64,000 nucleotides of DNA, taken from the NCBI GenBank assembly GCA_031551355.1, contig JAVBNT010000004.1:3067-67066 (forward strand), read 5' to 3'. The notes below the pieces were generated by a model. That model saw nothing but the letters and a program-made list of their open reading frames with translations, did no database searches and was not told the origin of the DNA. Shown here in pieces: positions 18,664 to 28,252 of the stretch (its first letter is position 1; each line of letters begins with the position of its first letter). The position numbers were made by a program, and so were the translations under genes. Origin of the DNA: Candidatus Xenobia bacterium. Its GTDB lineage: Bacteria > Vulcanimicrobiota > CADAWZ01.

Positions 18664-19461
18664 TTAAATTGATTTCCGCCTGTATTTTTCGAAAGCATTC
18701 CATTGCAGGCGTCCGCCCGTAAAAGCAGTCACCAGCGTGCCGCAGAGAAAAGACAGCAACATCGCGGCAGGGCCGGATTTCACAAAAAGCAAAGAAACTG
18801 CCAGGCCGCCAAGCAAAGCCGGATAATGAGACAACTGATTTTTCCAGAAATTGGAGCCGTCATCATAAATTATCTGCAGATTTTCAATTGAAAGAAAATG
18901 ATCGGGAAGTAAAAATTTTCTGCCGAACAGTTCATGCATTTCAACTTTAACGGCGTTAGGCATGGAAGAAAGAGCTTTAGCGATCAGTTCGCTGCAATAG
19001 ACACAGGAATTATCATCAAAATCAAAGGCACCGTCGTAAGGTTTACCGATTTGCGACACGGCATATGAAAGCGCAGAAGCTATATCTTCTTCCGAAGCAT
19101 ACAGGGGACGTATAACTTTAATAGCAATCCGGCCCCGCAAATATTCGGCAAGCTCCGTTCTGGCGACACCCATACCACTGGGATGTCCGGTTACGGCCTC
19201 AATCAGCTTTCCGCCGCCTTCGTAAATCGACATATGTGTAAAGTCACTGTTGCCGGTAATTTTCTCAAGCAGTTGCCAGCCGGGGTAGCTGTTATGAGTT
19301 TCAAGGATAATGTCTCCCGGCTTTACCATTGCAAGAATTTCCTCCCTGCGCTTGCCGGTCATAAGCGGGTAATTGCTGACAACAGGCATCTCAAGCAGGG
19401 TAAGAAAACTTTTTATGAAACAGTCTGCAAGTCTTACTGAAAATGACAGTCTTTCCATCAT
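18664..19461 (-). CDS. Permuted papain-like NlpC/P60 enzyme (YiiX/YebB-like), copy 4, lacking the N-terminal extension
   Basis: VKPGDIIL, FTHMSIY, IEA, QIGKPYD, VYCSELI; the start abuts the HEAT gene stop. Confidence 0.88.
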   Translation of the reverse strand: MMERLSFSVRLADCFIKSFLTLLEMPVVSNYPLMTGKRREEILAMVKPGDIILETHNSYPGWQLLEKITGNSDFTHMSIYEGGGKLIEAVTGHPSGMGVARTELAEYLRGRIAIKVIRPLYASEEDIASALSYAVSQIGKPYDGAFDFDDNSCVYCSELIAKALSSMPNAVKVEMHELFGRKFLLPDHFLSIENLQIIYDDGSNFWKNQLSHYPALLGGLAVSLLFVKSGPAAMLLSFLCGTLVTAFTGGRLQWNAFEKYRRKSI

Positions 19462-21117
19462 CTATCTGCTCTGAAGAATATTTATGGTATTTTCAATCGT
19501 CCTTTGCAGATCCGGCTGATTCTTGCCGGCAGCTCTGGTTTTTTCCATAACAAGCATATCCACCAACGATGAATTTCCGATACGGCCCAAAGTCCAGGCG
19601 CATGCCCTCTTTACAGAAGGGTCCTGATCCTTCTGCATCAAATCAACAATAGAGTCAAGAGCCTGAACGGCATCCATCTGTCCAAGACCCATTGCCGCTC
19701 CGGCACGAACCTTGGAACTTCTATCCGCCAATGAATTCAGAAGTGTCTGGTATGACGATTTACCCATCAGTGAAAGAGCGTTTATCGCCCCTGCCCTTTG
19801 CATATCATCTTCGGAATTTAAGGCCTTCAAAAGCGCAGGCCGGGCTTTCTCACCAATTTTCCCAAGCGAAACCGAAGCAGTGATAACAACAGACTCCTCC
19901 ATATCCTTTAGCATTGAAACGAGTATGTCAATACTCTGCGGAGTTGCAAGCGCACCAAGGGCTTTGGCAGTGTTATCACGCACCTGTTTTTTCTGTGAGG
20001 ATGAAGCCGCCTTCAAACGCGGCAATGCTTTTATTCCCAGCTTGGACGCTGAAGTCACGGCACGCCTTTGAATATCTTCACTTTTATCATTAAAGGCATT
20101 CACCACAATGGGAACGGCTTCCTCGGAGGCTGTATCACCCAGGGAGGAAATAACATCGGGTCTTAACTCATCCTGCTTGGCAAGCAAAGCCAACTCGGAC
20201 ACAGCCGGAGTTCCTATAAGGGAAAGAGCCGTAACAATATTCTTTTTTACCTTCAGCTCCGCTGAGGGAAGTTCATTTTTCAAAGGTTCAAACGCCGGCA
20301 AGCCGAGCAGTCCCAAAGATCTGGCAGCGGCTAGCGAAACATCGGCAGAACCGTCATAAAGAGCGGAAATTAAATATTTTACGGCCTGGGGATTACCGGT
20401 TTTACCAAGAGACATGGCAGCATTTTTTCTGACTTCGCTGTTAGGATCTTTCAGGGCGTTTATAAGTGCCGGAGCATCAAAACGTGTCGCACTGCCGCCT
20501 ATTTCAGAGGCAGCGGCAGCTCTGACTCTGGAATCACTGTCCGTAAGGCTGGCACCCATTATTGAAGACGGCGGCGTAAAATCTATTTGCTTAAGAGCAA
20601 GAGCAGCGGCAGTCCTGATTTCAGCATTGGAGTCGGAAAGCAAGGAAGAAAAACGGGGGCCGGCGGACTTGTAGCGCAATAAGCCAAGAGAGTCTATCGC
20701 CGCTTTTTTAACGCCAGGGTCGGCATCATAAGTCAATCTAAGGAGGTTTTCCGCGACAGAAACATCTCCTATCGTTCCCAAAGCCGCAGCGGCACTGCGC
20801 CTGACCTCATTATCCCTGTCGGACAGCAAGGAAAGCACCATACGTGAAGCGCCCGGCGGTTTAAGCTGCGCCAAGGCCCAGCAAACGACGGTTCTCACTC
20901 CGGGGTCCTTATCATATACCAATGGTGCCAGATGGGAAGCCGCAGCCGTATTTTTAGAGCTGCCGATAACCATAACAGCATTTTGCCTAACGGAACCGCT
21001 CTGGCTTTTCAAGTCATTCACCGCCTGTGTAAGTCCGTCGGCACAAAAAGCCCGGAAGGTTAAAACAATCATCAAAAAAAACAGTGAGAACGCAAATCTA
21101 AATGACATTCGAAACAC
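19462..21117 (-). CDS. Secreted HEAT-repeat (PBS-lyase-like) protein
   Basis: Signal peptide followed by many L.D.D..VR..AA.ALG.IG repeats. Confidence 0.9.
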   Translation of the reverse strand: MFRMSFRFAFSLFFLMIVLTFRAFCADGLTQAVNDLKSQSGSVRQNAVMVIGSSKNTAAASHLAPLVYDKDPGVRTVVCWALAQLKPPGASRMVLSLLSDRDNEVRRSAAAALGTIGDVSVAENLLRLTYDADPGVKKAAIDSLGLLRYKSAGPRFSSLLSDSNAEIRTAAALALKQIDFTPPSSIMGASLTDSDSRVRAAAASEIGGSATRFDAPALINALKDPNSEVRKNAAMSLGKTGNPQAVKYLISALYDGSADVSLAAARSLGLLGLPAFEPLKNELPSAELKVKKNIVTALSLIGTPAVSELALLAKQDELRPDVISSLGDTASEEAVPIVVNAFNDKSEDIQRRAVTSASKLGIKALPRLKAASSSQKKQVRDNTAKALGALATPQSIDILVSMLKDMEESVVITASVSLGKIGEKARPALLKALNSEDDMQRAGAINALSLMGKSSYQTLLNSLADRSSKVRAGAAMGLGQMDAVQALDSIVDLMQKDQDPSVKRACAWTLGRIGNSSLVDMLVMEKTRAAGKNQPDLQRTIENTINILQSR

Positions 21118-21123
21118 CTCAAA

Positions 21124-22566
21124 TTATGTAATAAATATGGAGTCCTTACCTTGCTGTTTTGCTTTATCCAGCGCATCCTCCACTCTATGCAAAACAGCGC
21201 TGATGTCGACATCCTTTTGCGAGTCGCATCCGGTTACACCGACACTGACGCTGATATCAATATCCTTTGCTATTCCTGTAAATTTATGCTGCAAAATATT
21301 ATTCTTTATTCTTGAAACCACAACTGAAGAATCCTGGGGAAGCGTCTGTGGCAATATTATCAGATACTTGTCTTCGGCATAGCGTCCGACATCGTCGATC
21401 GTCCTCAAAGAAGCTCTGGCAATATCAGCTAAATCCCTCAGAACCACATCACCTGCCTGATAACCGTAAAAAGAATTTATTCTGCTGAAATCATCTATAT
21501 CAATCAGGCAAATCGTCAGACTGACGCCGTAACGCCTGGCACGCAAATACTCTTTTTTAAGAATTTCAATTATTTTCTTTCTGTTCTTGACTCCGGTGAT
21601 AGCGTCTATTGTATAAAGAATGTCGATATTTTTCCTCAAAAGTGAATGTTCAAGGGCCAGGAAAGAACCAACTAGAATACGTTTCAGAAAGTCCCCTCTC
21701 GTTTCAACAAAAGTGGAGAGTTCCTGTTCATTGGCAACAATAGCCACACAACCACGGAATCCTGAAGGAGACTCAATTTTTTCACAATGAAAAACAAGTG
21801 ATGAAGTATCGAAAGTCTTCACGTCTCCCGGAGGCATGAACACGCGTTCGGAACAGTCGTCATCAGGCGAAAAAGAACATTCTCTCGGGATAATATCCTC
21901 AAGTCTTCTTCTCAGCATGGCGATATGTTCCGGCAGGGCAGGCCTGGAAGTTTTTATAAAAGTCGTAATGCCCTGAGGCATTGAAAAGCAAAAAATCAGG
22001 GCATATATTTCAAACATGTTAGTGAGGTTTTTGTAACATAAATCAAGGCTTTCATCAAAGTTTTCGCAATTCAAATGCATATCCGAAAGGTTGCCCCATA
22101 CAGCATCCGCCTCAAAATGGCGTCCGGCAGCTTCCAGCGCTTTTGACATCACTCTGTCCTCCGGCTGGAGGCTGGGCTCGATCATAAGAGTTTGAAGAAC
22201 CGCAAAATCATCGTTATGCGTCAGTTCCTCCAGAGCACCCGCAACTCCCCTTCTGTCAACAATTTTGACATGAGGATCAAACCTTAGCTTCTTGGCCGTC
22301 GCTTTATCTTCCGGCGGAATAGTGACGATTATCGGGATAAGGCTTAATATCGGATCAGCCATTTTATATGCACAAATATCAAAAGCATTTATAAACGGAG
22401 GCGTATGACCGGTAAGTATGCAGTCAGGAAACCACTCGACAGCTTTAACAAGAAGATCCTGTGACGTAGGGACTTCTATCGCTTCCACATCGTGTGTCTT
22501 TACAAAATTTTCAATTTCCTTTTTAATAGAAGCTCTCGTTTCGGCATAAAGCAATTTTTTCAGCAT
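21124..22566 (-). CDS. Degenerate GGDEF-domain protein with N-terminal receiver-like domain
   Basis: DAITGVKNR, LIDIDDFSRINSFYGYQAGDVVL, VSVGV, ALDKAKQQGKD. The A-site reads RYAEDKY and the I-site RTID is intact. Start 22566 follows GAGG. Confidence 0.88.
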   Translation of the reverse strand: MLKKLLYAETRASIKKEIENFVKTHDVEAIEVPTSQDLLVKAVEWFPDCILTGHTPPFINAFDICAYKMADPILSLIPIIVTIPPEDKATAKKLRFDPHVKIVDRRGVAGALEELTHNDDFAVLQTLMIEPSLQPEDRVMSKALEAAGRHFEADAVWGNLSDMHLNCENFDESLDLCYKNLTNMFEIYALIFCFSMPQGITTFIKTSRPALPEHIAMLRRRLEDIIPRECSFSPDDDCSERVFMPPGDVKTFDTSSLVFHCEKIESPSGFRGCVAIVANEQELSTFVETRGDFLKRILVGSFLALEHSLLRKNIDILYTIDAITGVKNRKKIIEILKKEYLRARRYGVSLTICLIDIDDFSRINSFYGYQAGDVVLRDLADIARASLRTIDDVGRYAEDKYLIILPQTLPQDSSVVVSRIKNNILQHKFTGIAKDIDISVSVGVTGCDSQKDVDISAVLHRVEDALDKAKQQGKDSIFIT

Positions 22567-22818
22567 ACGATACAACCTCACTTTCCTGTCAAGCCGATTA
22601 AAAACCATAACCTATTGTCATTCTATATTTTACCAAAAATAACCTTGAAATGATATCCCCAAATAAACAAAAACTATGGAGGGAAAAAACTGCGGATGCG
22701 AAATAGCTATAAGCTAAAATTTAAAATTACCCCTAAAAAATGCACAGGCATTATCATTTGTATATAAAAACTACGGTTTTATTGCAGAAAAATTAAAATC
22801 AAACCCTAGGAGATATTT

Positions 22819-25146
22819 ATGTCAGACTCAGATAAAAAGTCCCGGAGAATAGATTATAAAAAAGAAGCTTCCTTCCAAGTTTCTGAAAGTTCCAAAATTG
22901 TTCTCGAAAAAAGATACCTCAAAAAAAATGAACAAGGCGCAAAAATAGAAGAAGCTGAGGATATGTTCTGGCGCGTCGCACAAAATATTGCCGAAATCGA
23001 GAAAAAATACGGAAAAACGGAAAAAGAAATTACCGAGACAGCCGTATCTTTTTATAAAATGATGTGCAACCTTGAATTTCTTCCCAACTCGCCGACATTA
23101 ATGAACGCCGGCAGGGAATTACAGCAGTTGGCTGCATGTTTCGTATTGCCGATAAAAGATTCCATGGATTCAATTTTTGAGGCCATAAAACAAACGGCGA
23201 TAATCCACAAAACAGGCGGCGGAACAGGATTTTCCTTCAGCAACCTTCGTCCTTCGAGAGACCCTGTGGCGACCACCGGCGGAGTGGCCAGCGGACCGCT
23301 TTCATTTATGAAGGTGTTTAACTCCGCAACAGATGTTGTAAAGCAAGGAGGAACGAGACGCGGAGCCAATATGGGTATCCTCAGGGTAGATCACCCGGAT
23401 ATACTGGAATTCATAACCGCAAAGGACGATAAGGGAGCTCTTACAAACTTCAATCTGTCGGTAGCGCTTACAGATGAGTTCATGAACGCTCTCGAAGAAA
23501 ACAGATCTTACTCATTATATAATCCGCGCAATAAAAAAGTCGTACGAAAAGAGAAAGCAAAAGAAATTTTCGATCTGATCGTCGAAATGGCCTGGCGCAG
23601 CGGTGAACCCGGTATAATATTTATAGACCGGATAAATGCCGGCAACCCGACTCCGCATCTGGGGCTTATTGAAAGCACTAACCCATGCGGTGAGCAGCCG
23701 CTTCTGCCCTATGAGTCATGCAATCTCGGCAGTATTAACCTTGCCAAGATGGTAAAAACGGAAAACCGGAAAAAAGTCATCGACTGGGAAAAACTGGAAA
23801 AAACGGTTCGTATGGGAATAAGATTCCTTGATGATGTGATCGACGCCAACAGATATCCAATCGAAGAAATAGAAAAAATGTCCCGGGGCAACAGAAAAAT
23901 CGGCCTTGGAGTGATGGGATTTGCAGACCTTCTTATACAATTGAAAATCCCGTATGACAGTCAGGAAGCGCTTGATAATGCGGAAAAAATTATGAAGTTC
24001 ATAAAGAACCAGGCGACTATCACTTCCGAAGAACTGGCCGTAGAAAGAGGCGAATTTCCCAATTTTGCCGGCAGCGTATATGATGTTCCCGGAGCAAAAA
24101 AATTAAGAAATGCGACTTTAACGACGATCGCTCCAACCGGAAGCATCAGCATAATAGCAGGCTGTTCCAGCGGTATAGAACCCTTGTTCGCGCTTTCATT
24201 CGTAAGGGAAATTCTCGACGGCGAAAAGCTTGTGGAAATTTATCCCGAACTTGAGGAAACGATCAGCGGACTGGGCCTCGACACCAAAGACATAATGGCC
24301 CAAATAGTCAAAAAAGGTTCACTCTCGTCAATAGAAAGCATACCGTCGGAAGTCAGGGATGTATTTGTAATCTCACACAGCATAAAACCAAAATGGCACG
24401 TGATGATGCAGGCGGCATTTCAAAAATACACAGACAATGCCGTTTCCAAAACCGTAAATTTCCCGATGGAAGCAAGCAGAGACGATATCAGAGAGGCCTT
24501 TATCGGCGCATATAAAGAAGGTTGTAAAGGAATTACCGTATACAGATACGGCAGCCGCGAAGCTCAGGTGCTGAACATTCAGAACGGCGATGAAAATGTC
24601 AAGCAAAAGATCTCGACAATGCTCTCGGAAGAGCGCAAAATAAAACCAAGGCCCAGGCCCTCGGTTACCGAAGGAACAACGGAAAAAGTAACCATCGGCT
24701 GCGGCAACCTGTATGTGACCGTCAATTCCGACGACATAAACATTTGCGAGGTGTTTACGCAAACCGGCAAAGGCGGAGGATGTCCGTCACAGTCCGAAGC
24801 GGTAGGACGTCTTGTATCGCTGGCGTTAAGAGCGGATATTGACCCGGCATCCATAATTCATCAGCTAAAAGGAATAAGGTGCGTATCCTGCACCAGAAGG
24901 CAAAATCTAAAAGTACTGTCATGCCCGGACGCAATATCAAGAGTGATGGAAAAATCGCTTAGCGGCAAAAAAAAGGCTGAAGTCACTGAGCCAGACAAGT
25001 GTTGTGAGCATGACTGCACTCCCCAAGGTAATGGCGAGAGCGACAGTACGCTAATGCCGTTCAGATGTCCCGAATGCGGCAACGCAATAGAGGTTGAGGG
25101 CAGATGTTACAGCTGCAGGACATGCGGATATTCCAAATGCGGCTAG
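22819..25146 (+). CDS. nrdJ: Class II (adenosylcobalamin-dependent) ribonucleotide reductase with fused TSCPD domain
   Basis: VLEKRYL, PNSPTLMNAG, ACFVL, QGGTRRGANM, TNPCGEQPL, CNLGS, TIAPTG, SKTVN, LSCPDAI, C-terminal CxxC..CRTCGYSKC. Confidence 0.95.
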   Translation: MSDSDKKSRRIDYKKEASFQVSESSKIVLEKRYLKKNEQGAKIEEAEDMFWRVAQNIAEIEKKYGKTEKEITETAVSFYKMMCNLEFLPNSPTLMNAGRELQQLAACFVLPIKDSMDSIFEAIKQTAIIHKTGGGTGFSFSNLRPSRDPVATTGGVASGPLSFMKVFNSATDVVKQGGTRRGANMGILRVDHPDILEFITAKDDKGALTNFNLSVALTDEFMNALEENRSYSLYNPRNKKVVRKEKAKEIFDLIVEMAWRSGEPGIIFIDRINAGNPTPHLGLIESTNPCGEQPLLPYESCNLGSINLAKMVKTENRKKVIDWEKLEKTVRMGIRFLDDVIDANRYPIEEIEKMSRGNRKIGLGVMGFADLLIQLKIPYDSQEALDNAEKIMKFIKNQATITSEELAVERGEFPNFAGSVYDVPGAKKLRNATLTTIAPTGSISIIAGCSSGIEPLFALSFVREILDGEKLVEIYPELEETISGLGLDTKDIMAQIVKKGSLSSIESIPSEVRDVFVISHSIKPKWHVMMQAAFQKYTDNAVSKTVNFPMEASRDDIREAFIGAYKEGCKGITVYRYGSREAQVLNIQNGDENVKQKISTMLSEERKIKPRPRPSVTEGTTEKVTIGCGNLYVTVNSDDINICEVFTQTGKGGGCPSQSEAVGRLVSLALRADIDPASIIHQLKGIRCVSCTRRQNLKVLSCPDAISRVMEKSLSGKKKAEVTEPDKCCEHDCTPQGNGESDSTLMPFRCPECGNAIEVEGRCYSCRTCGYSKCG

Positions 25147-25237
25147 AAAACAGCCTAAATATTGCCGTCAAGCGGCGGATATTTGCTTATGTTGTGCTTT
25201 AACAACATAAGCGGCACACCAACAGCATTAAAACGAC

Positions 25238-25281
25238 AAAAGGCCTGATTGCGGCTTCGGGGGGCCGCAATCAGGCCTTTT
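25238..25281. terminator. Strong hairpin downstream of nrdJ (intrinsic terminator candidate)
   Basis: AAAAGGCCTGATTGCGGC / GCCGCAATCAGGCCTTTT perfect 18-bp stem. Confidence 0.7.
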
Positions 25282-25475
25282 AGCCGTTTTGAGGACACTG
25301 TCCGCTCATGCCTGTAACACGTCCGCCCTTTTATGTTGAAGTTATAGCGTAAAATCTGTATAATTATAATGGAAGCGGAAAACATAGAAATAAAAACTTT
25401 ACATCATTTTCACACAAGCTCCGAAGGGCCAATTGTGTCAACAGAACCTAACGGAAAACGAAAGGATTTAATTGT

Positions 25476-26318
25476 ATGAAAAAAACGGCGTTTATTCTAT
25501 TGCTTTTTTTGACATTAACCGGTCTTGCTTTTTGTTCGCAGGGAAACAGAGAAAAAGCCGTCAAGCTAAAAGATCAGGGTAATGCGGCGATGGTTGCCGG
25601 AGACGATAAAAAAGCGCTCAAACTCTATATGGAATCAATAAAAACAGACCCAACGTATGCAAACCCTTATAATAACATCGGCATGCTTGTTGATAAAAAA
25701 GGCGACAAAGAAAAGGCACTGGCATATTATAAAAAGGCAATTTCTCTTGATCCGACGCTGTTTCATCCGGTTTTAAACACTGCCTTCATATACTTTGATC
25801 TTGAAAAATACAAAGATGCCGGAGAGTATTGCAGTAAGGCAATCAAACTCAACCCCAAAGATCCCGACGCCTACAATCTGCAGGGACAGCTCCTGGAAAA
25901 AGACGGCAGGCTGAAAAATGCCGAAGAATCCTACAACAAAGCAATCTCCCTCGATCCAAAAGCTTTTAAGGCGTATTTTCTGCTCGGCACGCTGTATTTC
26001 AACAACGAAAATAACACCCAGGCGATAAAATACCTGTCAAAAGCAGTTGAACTGTCTCCGGAAGACGCCGGCTCACTTTTTAACCTTGCCCAATCGGAAA
26101 AAAGATCAAACCTATTGCCGGCCGCCGAGAAACATTTCGGGGCCTTCCTAAAAAAAAGGCCTAACGACAAGGAAGGGCTTTTTAATATGGGTCAGGTCAA
26201 AATCAAAATGAATAAAAATAAGGAAGCTGCAACTTATCTAAAAAAATTCATAGATACAGATCCATCCGATAGAAGAGTTCCCGAGGTCAGAAAATTTGTC
26301 AATCAGTTTGGCGCCTAA
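25476..26318 (+). CDS. Exported tetratricopeptide-repeat protein
   Basis: Signal peptide; repeated AY.N.G......G....A...Y.KAI.LDP units. Confidence 0.9.
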   Translation: MKKTAFILLLFLTLTGLAFCSQGNREKAVKLKDQGNAAMVAGDDKKALKLYMESIKTDPTYANPYNNIGMLVDKKGDKEKALAYYKKAISLDPTLFHPVLNTAFIYFDLEKYKDAGEYCSKAIKLNPKDPDAYNLQGQLLEKDGRLKNAEESYNKAISLDPKAFKAYFLLGTLYFNNENNTQAIKYLSKAVELSPEDAGSLFNLAQSEKRSNLLPAAEKHFGAFLKKRPNDKEGLFNMGQVKIKMNKNKEAATYLKKFIDTDPSDRRVPEVRKFVNQFGA

Positions 26319-26612
26319 TGTAAATGATACAATCACAACGATTATGGGGCTGACTCGTGAGAAAAAACGAAAAGCCCCATTTTTATAACGCCGGAAAAGT
26401 GTTTCACAGAAAGAACAGAGAAAAAAATGTTGTGAACGAAAAAACAGGTGATTATCTCCGTGATCTCCGCTTCTCTGTAACACGCATACAGAATTTACCG
26501 CGAGCCAAGCCCCCCCCACCATTCTTACTCTGCACAATTTGTCAGACAAATAAAAAACGGGATACCTCCGCAAAGGATTGTGTCCCGTGAAAAGTCAAAA
26601 TCAATAAAAAAC

Positions 26613-28016
26613 TCAATCTTCTATTTTTATCTGATCATCGGACTGTATTTTCTGAAAACGCAGATCCCTTGAAAGACTCAAATTAAAGAACAGCCAGTTG
26701 TCGCTGTCTATCCGGCCGATTAAAGTTTTTTGCAGATGACTTACGCCAGGATAAATTTCTATCGAAGAAGGGCCTCCGGCCATATTATCGAGATTCATCC
26801 TCCATTTTCGCATCATATTTCGTATTCTCCAGGCTTCATAACCGTACATCATCGGTGAAACGAAATCAACTTTCCAATGGTACCAATCCTGAGCGGCAAC
26901 ATCATTTTTATTAATATAAAGCCTGTCCTCTATCATCGGAAACGCCGGCAATACTGCCGCAGAAACGGCCATCCTTTTGCCCGCCACATCGGCAACCGCA
27001 TTAACAATATCGGTTATCGTTGCGCGCCTTTTGGTCAATATTGACATATAAGCGGAATAATCTTTCATCATATCCGGGTTATCTGCGTTAAAGTAAATCG
27101 TGTCCCACTGGGGCTTTTGGAATTTTTCCGGGAATCCCTGATAATCGGTTGTATAACGTATATGATCAAGGTGTATTCCCGACAATCCGGGGTGAGTTTT
27201 TATCAGTGCCTGAACATACCCTACAATCCTTTTTTTAACTTCAGGGTGCTCGGGATTCAAATAAATAGAACACAACTGCTTTCCGAACGCAGGCGGAAAA
27301 GGCTCCCTGCCGCCGGCAACAAGAAGAAAATCAGGCAAACTGCCGCCACTGCCGCTGATAGAACTTACGAGTGCGCCCAAAGGCCTGTTTGTCCCTTTAA
27401 AACCGTAATTATCAAGAATTTTTTTCAATTTAAAATCATCATAGCTTTCTTTAAAAAGATCCCTGGCCTCAGAAATTGCCGACAAAACATTTTTATCGGC
27501 ACTATACTGCAGCCGGGAATACTCACGGTCCAGGTAAGCAACAAGCAAATCATTCCATGAAGTATTGCCGAAATGCCATGGAAGAACAATTTCCGTGTTG
27601 TCCATTTTCCAGTAGCAGACATGAACCCAGGCATGCACTTCTATATCATATTTATTGGCCTCTTCAATAAAAATATGCAGCGTATCGATACCGAAACGCC
27701 CGTCTTTGCGGAAGTTCCACTTTAGATGTCCATACATAGGGTAATCAACGTCCGCGCCGGAAACATCGGCAATCGAATACCCTCTTAGATAGGTCTCAAG
27801 AAAAAGCGTGTTAATTCCCTGCTCACTCAATATCTTCATATTGGTCTTAACTATTTTTCTGACCTGTTCTTCACTATATCTATGTCCGCCCGGAAGAATC
27901 CAGTCAGTAGAAAACCAGGCGCCGTAAACATTACGGCTGGGATCTACCAGTACAGCATTTGCACAAGACAGTGACATAAAGAAAAACAGTGACAAATAAA
28001 TAAATATTTTTTTCAT
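26613..28016 (-). CDS. Glycosyl hydrolase-like family 10 (DUF187) exported protein
   Basis: YGAWF, GINTLFLET..RG, IEVHAW, YLNPEHPEV, GIHLDHIRY, QDW..W, SPMMY; signal peptide. Confidence 0.8.
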   Translation of the reverse strand: MKKIFIYLSLFFFMSLSCANAVLVDPSRNVYGAWFSTDWILPGGHRYSEEQVRKIVKTNMKILSEQGINTLFLETYLRGYSIADVSGADVDYPMYGHLKWNFRKDGRFGIDTLHIFIEEANKYDIEVHAWVHVCYWKMDNTEIVLPWHFGNTSWNDLLVAYLDREYSRLQYSADKNVLSAISEARDLFKESYDDFKLKKILDNYGFKGTNRPLGALVSSISGSGGSLPDFLLVAGGREPFPPAFGKQLCSIYLNPEHPEVKKRIVGYVQALIKTHPGLSGIHLDHIRYTTDYQGFPEKFQKPQWDTIYFNADNPDMMKDYSAYMSILTKRRATITDIVNAVADVAGKRMAVSAAVLPAFPMIEDRLYINKNDVAAQDWYHWKVDFVSPMMYGYEAWRIRNMMRKWRMNLDNMAGGPSSIEIYPGVSHLQKTLIGRIDSDNWLFFNLSLSRDLRFQKIQSDDQIKIED

Positions 28017-28252
28017 ATTAATATATTCCTATATCCTTTAAAACATATTCTTGACAAAGATTACAATATTATAAGTTAACTGAAACAGGTTAAAATCCTT
28101 GTTTCATAGAATATTATTTATCATAATCAAACGGATACCACGCGTCTGCGAAACAACACAGGCAGCACACCGGGTAAAAACGACTCCATATTTAAAGGCC
28201 AAACGGTAAGGTCTCCGAGGAAAATCAATTCACAAAAGAAAGCATTTATTTT

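Noticed and set aside
22609-22818. NrdR boxes or cobalamin riboswitch upstream of nrdJ
   Set aside because: No convincing acaCwAtATaTwGtg-like pair or riboswitch core is visible by eye; a PWM or Infernal scan would be needed
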